From an uncultured Bacilli bacterium (GTDB lineage: Bacteria; Bacillota_I; Bacilli_A; RF39; UBA660): a stretch of 48,932 nucleotides of DNA. This document shows positions 1 through 9,314 of this stretch, in pieces (position 1 is the stretch's first letter; each line of letters starts with the position of its first letter). The stretch covers positions 1 through 48,932 of the forward strand of contig CANRAH010000012.1 in assembly GCA_947628565.1 (NCBI GenBank). Reading direction: 5' to 3'. Made by a program: the position numbers and the translations under genes. The notes under the pieces are model-generated. The model had not been told where the DNA came from and made no database searches. It saw nothing but the letters and a program-made list of their open reading frames with translations.

Positions 1-81
1 TATTATGAATATTTAGAAGAAAATTATAAAAAGAAAAATAGTAAAGTAGTATCAAAAAAAATATATAGTTTGGATGTGTAA
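1..81 (+). CDS. 3' fragment of an upstream CDS (C-terminal 26 codons, stop TAA at 79-81)
   Basis: Open frame from the window edge ending ...KIYSLDV*; too short to identify. Confidence 0.3.
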   Translation, partial: YYEYLEENYKKKNSKVVSKKIYSLDV

Positions 82-83
82 AT

Positions 84-905
84 ATGTTAAAAATTAAAAA
101 TAATTTTGATTTAGAAAAAACAATTACTTGTGGGCAAATATTTAGATATAAAATTGATGATGGATTTATAATTATATTAAAAGATAGAGTTATAAAATTA
201 GTTTTAGATAATGATTATATAAATATAACATCAAATAATGAGGATAATTTAAAAGATGTAATAGAAGACTATTTTGATCTTAATAGGAATTATGAAGAAA
301 TAGAAAAATTTATACTTGACAAAGATAAAAAGTTGACAGATGCTATAATCTTTAGTAAGGGACTTAAAATGATTCATCAAGACCCATTTGAAACTTTAAT
401 TTCATATATAATATCACAAAACAATAGGGTTCCTTCAATAGCAAACTCTTTAAATTTAATTTCTAAAAATTATGGTGAAAAAGTAATGTTTGAAGATAAA
501 GAATATTATTTGTTTCCAAGTGTTGAAAAATTATCTAAATTATCTATCGATGATTTTAAAGCATGCAAAGTAGGCTTTAGGGATAAATATTTATATGAAA
601 TAGTAAATAATGTAAAGAATAATAAATTAGATTTAAATCTTATTTACAATATGAATAGCGAAGATGCTTTAAAATATCTTATGAATTTTAAAGGAATTGG
701 TATGAAAGTTGCTTCTTGTATTTTGCTTTTTGCATATCAAAAATTTGATGTATATCCTGTTGATACGTGGGTAAAAAAATTTATGAAAGATGATTATAAT
801 ATTGAAGGAGAAAAAAATATAAGAAAGTTTACATTTGATAAATATAAAGAGTATAGTGGGCTTGCTATACAATATATGTTTAATTATAAAAGGAATAAAA
901 AATGA
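84..905 (+). CDS. 8-oxoguanine DNA glycosylase/AP lyase, HhH-GPD superfamily (bacterial Ogg-like)
   Basis: Helix-hairpin-helix Gly/Pro-rich loop with catalytic Lys and Asp (GIGMKVASCILL...PVDTWV); length 273 aa typical of clostridial Ogg. Confidence 0.6.
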   Translation: MLKIKNNFDLEKTITCGQIFRYKIDDGFIIILKDRVIKLVLDNDYINITSNNEDNLKDVIEDYFDLNRNYEEIEKFILDKDKKLTDAIIFSKGLKMIHQDPFETLISYIISQNNRVPSIANSLNLISKNYGEKVMFEDKEYYLFPSVEKLSKLSIDDFKACKVGFRDKYLYEIVNNVKNNKLDLNLIYNMNSEDALKYLMNFKGIGMKVASCILLFAYQKFDVYPVDTWVKKFMKDDYNIEGEKNIRKFTFDKYKEYSGLAIQYMFNYKRNKK

Positions 906-959
906 TTTACAAAACATATAAATTTTGCTATAATCATTAAAGCGTGAAAGGAAGGTTTT

Positions 960-2612
960 ATGACTAATAAAGATTTAGCTAATGCTATATTTCCAAATAT
1001 TACAAAGACTATAGAAGATTATGAAAAAGAATATCCAAAAAGAAATTTACCTGATGGTGCGATTGTATCAAGATTTGCGCCATCACCAACAGGATTTATG
1101 CATTTAGGGGGACTTTTTCAAGCTTTAATTGATTATGTAATAGCTAAAAGATCTGGTGGGGTATTTTATTTAAGAAATGAAGATACAGATAAAGCTCGTG
1201 AAATAGATGGTGCCTTAGAACTTATTATGGATACTTTAAATAGTTATAATCTTACTCCAGATGAATATGAATATAATGGAAAAATGATAGGTAATTATGG
1301 CCCATATATACAAAGTGAAAGAAAAGAAATATACCATGCGTTTATTAAACATTTAATTGAAATAGGAAGAGCATATCCTTGCTTTTGTACAAAAGAAGAA
1401 CTTGATTTAATGAGAGAAAATCAAGAAACTATGAAAATTAGAACTGGTTATCATGGTAGATTTGCTAGATGTTCAAGATTATCTATAGAAGAAGCAATTG
1501 AAAAAATAAAAAATGGTGAAAAATACGTAATAAGATTCAGAAGTAATGGAAACTTTGATAATAAATTTGTATTTGATGATTTAAGACAAGGAAAACTTTA
1601 TTTAAACGAAAATGATATAGATGAAATAATTATGAAAAGTGAAAATATGCTTCCAACTTATCATTTTGCGCATGTAGTAGATGATCATTTGATGAGAACT
1701 ACGCACGTTGTAAGGGGAGAAGAATGGCTACCAAGTGCTCCTAAACATATAGAGATGTTTGAAGCTTTTGGATTTGAAGCACCAAAATATATACATACAC
1801 CTTTAATTATGAAAAAAGAGGGAGATTCACTTCGTAAAATAAGTAAAAGAAAAGATCCTGAAGCAAGTATGAGCTATTACGATAAGTTAGGATATCCTAA
1901 AATTGCAGTAATAGAATCACTTATGACAATAATTAATTCTAATTATGAGGAGTGGCATCAAGAAAATCCAGATAAGAAATTTACAGATTTTACTTTTAGT
2001 GCAGATAAAATGTCAACTAGTGGAGCATTATATGATTTAATGAAATTAGAAGATATTTCTAAAAATATAATATCTAAAATGACTAAAGAACAGTTATGTG
2101 AAGAATCACTTGCTTGGGCAAATAAACATAGTGAGTCTTTAAAAGATTTAATTTTAAAGGATAAAGAATATTATAAAAGTATAATAAATATAGAAAGAGA
2201 AAAAGAAAATCCTAGAAAAGATATAGCAAAATATTCAGATATAGAATCTTTAATATGGTATATGTATGATGATATATTTTATAATAAAGAAAAAGATTAT
2301 GAATGGAAAAATGTAACAGATAAAAAGGAAATTAAAAATATTTTAGATACATATATGGAAAAATATATAGATTTAACTGATAAAGATAATTGGTTTAATA
2401 ATATAAAACTTATGTGTGATGAATTAGGATATGCATCAAACATGAAAGAATATAAAAAAAATAAAGAAGCTTTCAAAGGTAATGTTGCTGATGTATCCAC
2501 TGTATTAAGAGTAGCTTTAACAAGTAAATCCAATACACCAGATTTATTTGAAATTATGTCTTTGCTTGGTGTAGATAAAATAAAACAAAGATTTAATAAA
2601 ATAGAGGCCTAA
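960..2612 (+). CDS. gltX: glutamyl-tRNA synthetase
   Basis: Class I HIGH motif (PSPTGFMHLGG) and KMSKS-like KISKRK; RBS GAAAGGAAGG upstream. Confidence 0.9.
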   Translation: MTNKDLANAIFPNITKTIEDYEKEYPKRNLPDGAIVSRFAPSPTGFMHLGGLFQALIDYVIAKRSGGVFYLRNEDTDKAREIDGALELIMDTLNSYNLTPDEYEYNGKMIGNYGPYIQSERKEIYHAFIKHLIEIGRAYPCFCTKEELDLMRENQETMKIRTGYHGRFARCSRLSIEEAIEKIKNGEKYVIRFRSNGNFDNKFVFDDLRQGKLYLNENDIDEIIMKSENMLPTYHFAHVVDDHLMRTTHVVRGEEWLPSAPKHIEMFEAFGFEAPKYIHTPLIMKKEGDSLRKISKRKDPEASMSYYDKLGYPKIAVIESLMTIINSNYEEWHQENPDKKFTDFTFSADKMSTSGALYDLMKLEDISKNIISKMTKEQLCEESLAWANKHSESLKDLILKDKEYYKSIINIEREKENPRKDIAKYSDIESLIWYMYDDIFYNKEKDYEWKNVTDKKEIKNILDTYMEKYIDLTDKDNWFNNIKLMCDELGYASNMKEYKKNKEAFKGNVADVSTVLRVALTSKSNTPDLFEIMSLLGVDKIKQRFNKIEA

Positions 2613-2630
2613 TAGCCTCTTTTATTTATT
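2603..2630. terminator. Bidirectional intrinsic terminator shared by convergent gltX and the minus-strand ORF
   Basis: Hairpin AGAGGC-ctaata-GCCTCT overlapping both stop codons, followed by T-tract tttatttattt. Confidence 0.45.
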
Positions 2631-3103
2631 TCTATTTGCATTTTATCTAGCATAAATAATTTAAAATATTTTAATTGTTTATGATTAGAAGAATGATCTT
2701 TTCGTTTTTGATCCATATCGAAATTGTATTCAAAAAACAATACAGACATTTCAATAAAAAATTGTTTATCTAAAATAAGTCTTTCAAATATTGTTGCTAT
2801 ATCATTGCTGTTTATATATTTCAAAGTGTTTTTTTCGTACTTTATTAAGTTGTCCTTTTCAGATAAATAATTATAAGAATCATTAATTAAAATTAAAAAT
2901 ATAATATTTTTATAAGGTGATTTTAATACATAATCATATATTTTTAGAAAAATTTCGCTTTCAAAATCATCATAAAATTCGTCTTCAAAATTATTTACTA
3001 ATTCTAAATCTTTTCCATAATGGAAAAATTTTTCTTGCAAATTCATATATTCATTTACAAGTTCATCTCTAATATTAGTTGTTAAAACATTTATAAAATC
3101 CAT
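2609..3103 (-). CDS. hypothetical protein (164 aa, acidic, no recognisable domain)
   Basis: ORF with AGGTGG RBS 7 nt upstream of ATG on the minus strand; AT-codon usage typical of the window. Confidence 0.5.
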   Translation of the reverse strand: MDFINVLTTNIRDELVNEYMNLQEKFFHYGKDLELVNNFEDEFYDDFESEIFLKIYDYVLKSPYKNIIFLILINDSYNYLSEKDNLIKYEKNTLKYINSNDIATIFERLILDKQFFIEMSVLFFEYNFDMDQKRKDHSSNHKQLKYFKLFMLDKMQIEINKRGY

Positions 3104-3206
3104 AAAACCACCTAATTAATTATTAACAAATATATAATTAAAAGTCAATATATTTGTAAAAAATTATTAGTTGTGATATTATAATTAATAGTTTTGGAGT
3201 GATAAT

Positions 3207-4238
3207 ATGTCGAAATATATTGATGTAAAAGAAATTAATTCTTTAATAAAATCAATTTCTAATTTATATATTAGTGATATTTATAAAGAAATGTATAAAA
3301 TTGAAGTAAGCGAAAATAAAAATTCAAGTCAATATAATGATTTAATGTCTAGTTTAAAAGAAAAATTAGATTTAGAAAAACAAGAATATGAAAAATATAA
3401 TTTAACAACACCAAAAATGGTTGAATGGAGAGAATATTTAATTAAAAATAGATTAAATAATAATGGTAATAATATAGAAAGTGTAGTTGAATTAAATTAT
3501 GAAAATTCGCTTATAAGAAGAATAATTAGCGCACTAAATAAAAAAATTTCATTATCTAAAGATGATATTAGTAATAACTTAGACTCTTGTGAGGAAATTA
3601 TAACTTTCTTAAAAAAAATAGGAATAGATGATGCTGATAAAGTAGTTCAGGATTCTTTTTATTTTAATGAGCAAATTAGTAGATCTATATATAGCGATTT
3701 ATTAAATGCTTTTATATACATAGTTAATGAATTGCAAAAAAAAGAAAATTATTATAATATTAAAAAATATTTACTTGCTATTAAATATCATCTAGCATAT
3801 ATAGATAATGAAGTTGAAAAAAACTTGATTTCAAGAAATTTTGAAATAGATCAAAATTTATATATTAATTCTAAAGTTACTGCTGATTTAATTGGAATTG
3901 ATGGCAACATGTATGAATTGTTAAAGGATTCATACAATGTAGATGTATGTCTTTATCAAATATATAAATTACTTGATACTGGCGATATGATTTATGGTGA
4001 TTTAAAGGAATCATTATCTTCTGTTTTAAGACAATGTTTATTGAGAGCTTCTTTTGTGCTACTTAATGATCCTGTTATTGAACATATAAATTATGAATTT
4101 CATAAGCATATTGAATCAAAAGACTATTTAGATATACATAAATTTGATAAAATAAGTAGACAGTTATTAATAAACTGTTTTGATTGCATTAAAAAAGATA
4201 AAAGTAAAGCTTTGATTTTGTCATTGAGGCATAAATGA
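3207..4238 (+). CDS. hypothetical protein (343 aa)
   Basis: ORF with GGAGTG RBS; divergent from the 2609-3103 gene; no recognisable motifs. Confidence 0.5.
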   Translation: MSKYIDVKEINSLIKSISNLYISDIYKEMYKIEVSENKNSSQYNDLMSSLKEKLDLEKQEYEKYNLTTPKMVEWREYLIKNRLNNNGNNIESVVELNYENSLIRRIISALNKKISLSKDDISNNLDSCEEIITFLKKIGIDDADKVVQDSFYFNEQISRSIYSDLLNAFIYIVNELQKKENYYNIKKYLLAIKYHLAYIDNEVEKNLISRNFEIDQNLYINSKVTADLIGIDGNMYELLKDSYNVDVCLYQIYKLLDTGDMIYGDLKESLSSVLRQCLLRASFVLLNDPVIEHINYEFHKHIESKDYLDIHKFDKISRQLLINCFDCIKKDKSKALILSLRHK

Positions 4239-4302
4239 TATAATTAGTATTGTAATAAAAATTAATTTGTGTTAAAATGAATATGTTACATTTGTAACAT
4301 TT

Positions 4303-4379
4303 GGCCCGTTGGTGAAGTGGCTTAACACATAGCCCTCTCAAGGCTACATTCAAGGGTCCGAATCCCTTACGGGTCACCA
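4303..4379 (+). tRNA. tRNA-Glu, apparent anticodon CUC
   Basis: Cloverleaf closely matching Bacillus tRNA-Glu (GGCCCGTTGGT...ACGGGTCACCA); anticodon loop CTCTCAA gives CTC; encoded CCA end. Confidence 0.85.
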
Positions 4380-4424
4380 AATTAAAATTTAAATAAATAA
4401 TATATTTGTTTGAAAGAGTATATA

Positions 4425-4600
4425 TAAAATATTTTAAAGAGAGTTAGTGCTAGGTGTGAACTAATAAATATTTATATAGAAAGACATCAAACTATAAATA
4501 ATCGAGTAACTGCGTTAAAAGTTTAAAGTTAGATATAAATCTATAAAGCAAGGTGGCACCACGATAAATTCGTCCTTGTATTTATGGATTTTTTGTTTTA
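4425..4600 (+). promoter_or_regulatory. T-box riboswitch leader upstream of aspS
   Basis: Stem-I AGAGAG box; conserved T-box sequence AAGGTGGCACCACG at about 4549-4563; terminator-like AT-rich hairpin plus T-tract just before the aspS RBS; possible GAC(A) specifier near 4483. Confidence 0.6.
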
Positions 4601-4610
4601 AGGAGGACAT

Positions 4611-5927
4611 ATGAAAAAAATTTATGTAAGTGAATTAAAAAATTATTTTAATCAAGAAATCGAGATAAGTGGATTTATAGATAATATAAGAGATTTACAA
4701 TGGGTACAATTTGTAATACTTAAAGATTCTACAGGAAAAGTTCAAATAACTATAGAAAAATCAGATGAAAAAAATAAAGATATGATTGAACTTATTTCTA
4801 ATTTAACTTTGGAAAGTACTGTAAAAGTAAAATGCAAAGTAATGGAAAATCCTAAAGTTAAATTAAATGGTATGGAACTTATACCAAGCGAGATTATAGT
4901 TACATCAAAATCTGATAAAGAATTACCAATCGATATTAAATCAAAAGATAATGCATTAAGAGAAACTAGACTAGATTGGAGATTTTTGGATTTAAGAAGA
5001 GAAGATAATCTTTTACTTTTTGAATGTGAATCTTATATTGAACAAATGATGAGAGAATATTGGTATAATAATGGATATAAAGAAATTCATACTCCAAAAA
5101 TAAGCGCTCAAGCAGCTGAATCAGGTGCGGAAACATTTAAACTTGATTATTTTGGAGAAAAAGCCTGCCTTTCACAATCACCACAGTTTTATAAACAGAT
5201 GACTATGGCATCAAATTTTGATAAAGTTTTTGAAATAGGGCCTGTATTTAGGGCTGAAAATTCTCACACTAGTTATCATGCTTCTGAAATTGTTATGTTA
5301 GACTGTGAAATATCTTGGATAAATTCTGTTTCAGATGTTATGGATGAAGAAGAAAACTGGATTAAATACTTTATGACAAAGCTAAAAGAAAAATATGGTG
5401 AAAAAATAAAAGAAGTATTTAATGTGGAAGTAAGTGATGTTAAAGCAAAATTTCCTAGAATCAATTTTTACGATGCTAAAAAAATTATGAAAGAAGAATA
5501 CAATTATGTAGGTGAAAATCCTAATGACTTTGAAAGAAAAGAAGAAGAACTTATGTGTAAATATGCACATGATAAATATTCTAGCGATTTTATATTTATA
5601 ACTAATTATCCATATGAGGCAAGAAGTTTTTATGTAATGAAAGACGAAAATGGAGTAACACAAACTTATGACTTGTTATTTAAAGGTGTTGAAATTACAA
5701 GTGGAGCACAAAGAGAGCATAGATATGATGTATTAAAAAGTCAAATTATAGAAAAAGGTATTAATCCTAAAGATTTAGATTTTTACTTGGATTTCTTTAA
5801 ATATGGATGTCCTCCACATGGAGGATATGGTGTAGGCCTTGCTAGAATAATGATGAGAATATTTGAAATAGATAATATTAGAGAAGCTACTTTAATATAT
5901 AGAGGGCCTACTAGACTTAATCCATAA
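4611..5927 (+). CDS. aspS: aspartyl-tRNA synthetase, archaeal/type-2 form (438 aa; possibly non-discriminating)
   Basis: Class II aaRS with N-terminal OB fold; LSQSPQFYKQ and GPVFRAENSHTSYHASE motifs typical of AspRS2; length about 430-440 aa. Confidence 0.75.
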   Translation: MKKIYVSELKNYFNQEIEISGFIDNIRDLQWVQFVILKDSTGKVQITIEKSDEKNKDMIELISNLTLESTVKVKCKVMENPKVKLNGMELIPSEIIVTSKSDKELPIDIKSKDNALRETRLDWRFLDLRREDNLLLFECESYIEQMMREYWYNNGYKEIHTPKISAQAAESGAETFKLDYFGEKACLSQSPQFYKQMTMASNFDKVFEIGPVFRAENSHTSYHASEIVMLDCEISWINSVSDVMDEEENWIKYFMTKLKEKYGEKIKEVFNVEVSDVKAKFPRINFYDAKKIMKEEYNYVGENPNDFERKEEELMCKYAHDKYSSDFIFITNYPYEARSFYVMKDENGVTQTYDLLFKGVEITSGAQREHRYDVLKSQIIEKGINPKDLDFYLDFFKYGCPPHGGYGVGLARIMMRIFEIDNIREATLIYRGPTRLNP

Positions 5928-6041
5928 ATTGATATTTTATATCAATTTTTTTCTTTTATTATAATATAAAAATTAGTATAATATTAATTGATTTTAAATA
6001 AATTTTATTATATAATAAATATAATGATAGGAGTTGATAAA

Positions 6042-7256
6042 ATGGGTTTAATTAAAGCAATGGTATCAAGTGCTTCAAGCACACTTGCTGATGAATGGTT
6101 AGAGTATATATATTGTCCTAGAATGGAAGATACTGTACTTATGAGAAAAGGGATGCCTAAAAAAGGTGGATCTAATACTAAAGGCAGTGAAAATATAATA
6201 ACTAATGGTAGTAAAATAGTAGTAGGAGAAGATCAGTTTTTAATAGTAGTACAGGATGGCAAAATAACGGATTTCACAGCAGAAGCTGGATACTATACAT
6301 TTGATAAAGGAACAGAGCCATCAATGTTTTATGGAGGATTTGGGAAAGGTTTAATAGATTCTTTTAAAAAATTTGGTGAAAGATTCAAAAGTGGGGGTAT
6401 ACCTACACATGATGATAGAGTATATTTTGTAAATACAAGATATATAAAAGGAAATAAATTTGGAACGCCTGTACCAATTGCATTTAGAGATAGTGAATTT
6501 GGTATGACTTTGGATATTAGATGTTACGGTGAATATGTATTCCAAGTAACAGATCCAATTGCTTTTTATCATACATATGGTGGAAATGTAGAAGATGATT
6601 ATGTTATAGATGAAAATTTCCAAAATAGTTTTTTAGCAGATTTTCTTCAAGCATTAAATCCAGCACTTGCAAAAGTCGCAATGCAAAAAATATCTTATGA
6701 TATGTTACCAGGTGCAGTTGACGAGATAAGTCAAGCTGTAAAAGAGTGTTTAGATGCTACTTGGGGATCTCAAGGAATTAATGTAGTTAGAGTTTCAATT
6801 GCAAGTGTAACACCGACGGATGAATCAGCTAATGTAATAAAAAATGCTCAAAATGATAGACTATATGCTATGAATCCTGAGATGCAAGGAGCAAGAGCAA
6901 ATGCTGCTGCTAGTGAAGCAATTAAAAGTGCTGCAAATAATTCACAAGGTGCTTTGAATGGGTTTATGGGTCTAGGAATGATAAACCAAGGCGGTTCTAT
7001 GTTTGGTGCTAATATATCGACTCAATCTCAAGAACAGAAAAAAATGGAAAGTATGAATGTATCAGATGGTTTAATAAAAGAAGAGTCAAAAAGTGATATT
7101 ATATGTCCAAATTGTGGAAATGTTATAGTTGGAAATTTTTGTACAAACTGTGGAACTAAAAAACCAGATGTAACTGATAAACGTTTCTGTTCAAATTGTG
7201 GTAACGAAGTAGATGTAAATTCAAAGTTTTGCCCAAACTGTGGAAAAGAATTATAA
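6042..7256 (+). CDS. SPFH/band-7 domain protein with C-terminal double zinc-ribbon (COG4260-like)
   Basis: N-terminal MGLIKAMVSSASSTLADEWLEY... characteristic of this family; C-terminus has repeated CPNCG/CTNCG/CSNCG/CPNCG ribbons; start chosen at internal ATG with TAGGAG RBS. Confidence 0.55.
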   Translation: MGLIKAMVSSASSTLADEWLEYIYCPRMEDTVLMRKGMPKKGGSNTKGSENIITNGSKIVVGEDQFLIVVQDGKITDFTAEAGYYTFDKGTEPSMFYGGFGKGLIDSFKKFGERFKSGGIPTHDDRVYFVNTRYIKGNKFGTPVPIAFRDSEFGMTLDIRCYGEYVFQVTDPIAFYHTYGGNVEDDYVIDENFQNSFLADFLQALNPALAKVAMQKISYDMLPGAVDEISQAVKECLDATWGSQGINVVRVSIASVTPTDESANVIKNAQNDRLYAMNPEMQGARANAAASEAIKSAANNSQGALNGFMGLGMINQGGSMFGANISTQSQEQKKMESMNVSDGLIKEESKSDIICPNCGNVIVGNFCTNCGTKKPDVTDKRFCSNCGNEVDVNSKFCPNCGKEL

Positions 7257-7262
7257 AATAAA

Positions 7263-7286
7263 ACGACTATTATGTCGTTTTGTTTT
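7263..7286. terminator. Bidirectional intrinsic terminator between convergent SPFH gene and pilus ATPase gene
   Basis: Hairpin AAAACGAC-tattat-GTCGTTTT flanked by T-runs on both strands. Confidence 0.45.
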
Positions 7287-8735
7287 TTATTTAAATATAT
7301 TTTTCTTTGATGAGAAAAATGATGATTTAATTGTTTTTTTATTTGAATCTTTGTTATCCTCTTTTATATCATTTTTCTCAATAGATTTTTCATCTGATTT
7401 TATTTCTTGGTCTATAACTTTATTTTTATTATCTTCAAATATGGATTTATCGACTATAATTGTATCATCCAAATTTTTTTGATAATCTTTATCTTTTGTA
7501 ATATCATTAACTTTTATAGCGTTTTTTAAGCCCGTTGATTTAATATTTTCATCATCTTCAAGTTCTATAAGCTTTAATAGTTCTTCAAGTGTAGTAAGTC
7601 CATTTAAGACTTTATTTATACCATCGTGTAGTAGGGAAGTTACATCACTACTATATACTAAATGTCTTAATTCATCTTTTTTTACATTTGAACTTATAGC
7701 ATCTTTAATACTTTGATCTATTAAAAGTATCTCATGTATTGCGATACGACCACTATATCCATTTTTACATTTATCACATCCGACAGCTGTATAAATTTCG
7801 TTAACATCTAATCCAGTAACATTCTTTATTAAACTTTTTTCATATTCGTTGGTTGGTCTTAATTTTTTACAATGTGGGCAAAGTTTACGTGCAAGTTTTT
7901 GAGATATGATACCTGTTAGTGCACTAGCAAGTAAATATCTTTCTACTTCCATATCAAGTAAACGCTCAATTGTATTTAATGAGTCATTTGTATGTATTGT
8001 AGAAAGTACTAAATGACCTGTGATTGAAGCTCTTACTGCAATCTTTGCAGTTTCGGTATCACGTATTTCTCCAATCATTATAATATTTGGATCTTGACGT
8101 AATATAGATCTTAATACAGTTGCAAAATCAAGACCAATTTCACTATTAGTCTGAATTTGATTAACACCTTCAATATCCATTTCTATAGGGTCTTCTACAG
8201 ATATTATATTTGTATTTTCTTTATTTAATCTTTGTAAAATTGAATACAATGTAGTTGTTTTACCACTACCAGTTGCACCAGTTACAAGTACAATGCCATT
8301 TGGCATAGAAATCATTTTTACTACTTTTTTATAATTTTCAGGACTAAAGCCCAGATTTTCAAGGCCAGATAAACTAAGCGAATAATCTAAAATACGTATA
8401 ACAATTTTTTCACCCTTATTAGTAGGAATTGCAGAAACACGAAGATCAAGATCAATATCTTCAAGGGTAGCTTTAATTGCTCCATCTTGTGGTAATCTTG
8501 ACTCTGTTATATTCATACCAGAAATAATTTTTATACGTGTAATCAAATTTTTAGCTATAGTATTTGGTATCTCTGTATAATCAGTCAATTCACCATCTAT
8601 TCTTATTCTAGCTTTTATATAATTATCATATGGATCAAAATGAATATCCGAAGCACCTCTTTTTGAGGCATCAACTAATATTTCATTTACAATTTCTACA
8701 ACAGGAGTTTTTTCAAAATCAAAAAATTTTAACAT
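7287..8735 (-). CDS. Type II/IV secretion family ATPase (PilB/ComGA/GspE-like) with C-terminal low-complexity tail
   Basis: GspE N-domain, Walker A GATGSGKTTT, GEIRD box, tetracysteine CPHC...CDKC motif; about 100-aa K/D/E/N-rich C-terminal extension. Confidence 0.8.
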   Translation of the reverse strand: MLKFFDFEKTPVVEIVNEILVDASKRGASDIHFDPYDNYIKARIRIDGELTDYTEIPNTIAKNLITRIKIISGMNITESRLPQDGAIKATLEDIDLDLRVSAIPTNKGEKIVIRILDYSLSLSGLENLGFSPENYKKVVKMISMPNGIVLVTGATGSGKTTTLYSILQRLNKENTNIISVEDPIEMDIEGVNQIQTNSEIGLDFATVLRSILRQDPNIIMIGEIRDTETAKIAVRASITGHLVLSTIHTNDSLNTIERLLDMEVERYLLASALTGIISQKLARKLCPHCKKLRPTNEYEKSLIKNVTGLDVNEIYTAVGCDKCKNGYSGRIAIHEILLIDQSIKDAISSNVKKDELRHLVYSSDVTSLLHDGINKVLNGLTTLEELLKLIELEDDENIKSTGLKNAIKVNDITKDKDYQKNLDDTIIVDKSIFEDNKNKVIDQEIKSDEKSIEKNDIKEDNKDSNKKTIKSSFFSSKKNIFK

Positions 8736-8831
8736 ATTATCACCCTTTTTTATCCTATTTAGGACTAGATTTTATCCTAAATGTATTATATAATATTATT
8801 ATAATAATTTCAAGATAATAAGGAGGTATTT

Positions 8832-9314
8832 GTGAAAAAAGATTCTAATAAAGGCTTTGTTTTAGTTGAGACTTTAATAGTTACTGCTTTTGTTGCAGGT
8901 GTTCTTGTTTTTTTATATATTCAATTTAATAATCTTAGTAGAAATTATTATGAATCATACAAATATAATACTGTAACTGGACTATACTCATTAATAGATA
9001 TAGAGGAATTTTTCGAACTTGATATTAACCTGCCTTTAATTCTTGATGAAGTTAATAAAAATAGATATGCAGATATAACCGATTGCTCTTTACTTAATAA
9101 TAATGAATATTGTAAAAAATTATTGGAATTAGAAAATATATCACATCTTTATGTTACAACTAATAATGTTAGTGGTATTGATTTATCTGTCGATGATGAT
9201 TTTAGTAAATTTATATCTAAAATTAATGAAACGGGAACTCAAAAATATAGGATTATAGCAAGTTTTAAAAATGGTGAATATGCAACTATAAGGATTGGTG
9301 AAAATTATGAATAA
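8832..9314 (+). CDS. prepilin-type N-terminal cleavage/methylation domain protein (pilin/pseudopilin)
   Basis: N-terminus KGFVLVETLIV followed by hydrophobic helix; GTG start with AGGAGG RBS; divergent from ATPase gene. Confidence 0.65.
   Translation: MKKDSNKGFVLVETLIVTAFVAGVLVFLYIQFNNLSRNYYESYKYNTVTGLYSLIDIEEFFELDINLPLILDEVNKNRYADITDCSLLNNNEYCKKLLELENISHLYVTTNNVSGIDLSVDDDFSKFISKINETGTQKYRIIASFKNGEYATIRIGENYE

Noticed and set aside
4189-4380. 63-aa minus-strand ORF from the track
   Set aside because: It is the reverse complement of the tRNA-Glu gene and adjacent spacer, so it is not a protein gene.
5988-6041. Longer N-terminal extensions of ORFs given in the track (5988, 10714, 11873-12472, 12664, 14335, 17943, 19636, 28936, 36246, 41369, 48491)
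   Set aside because: Internal start codons are preceded by clear Shine-Dalgarno sequences and yield family-typical N-termini, whereas the upstream extensions lack an RBS and encode hydrophobic AT-rich junk.
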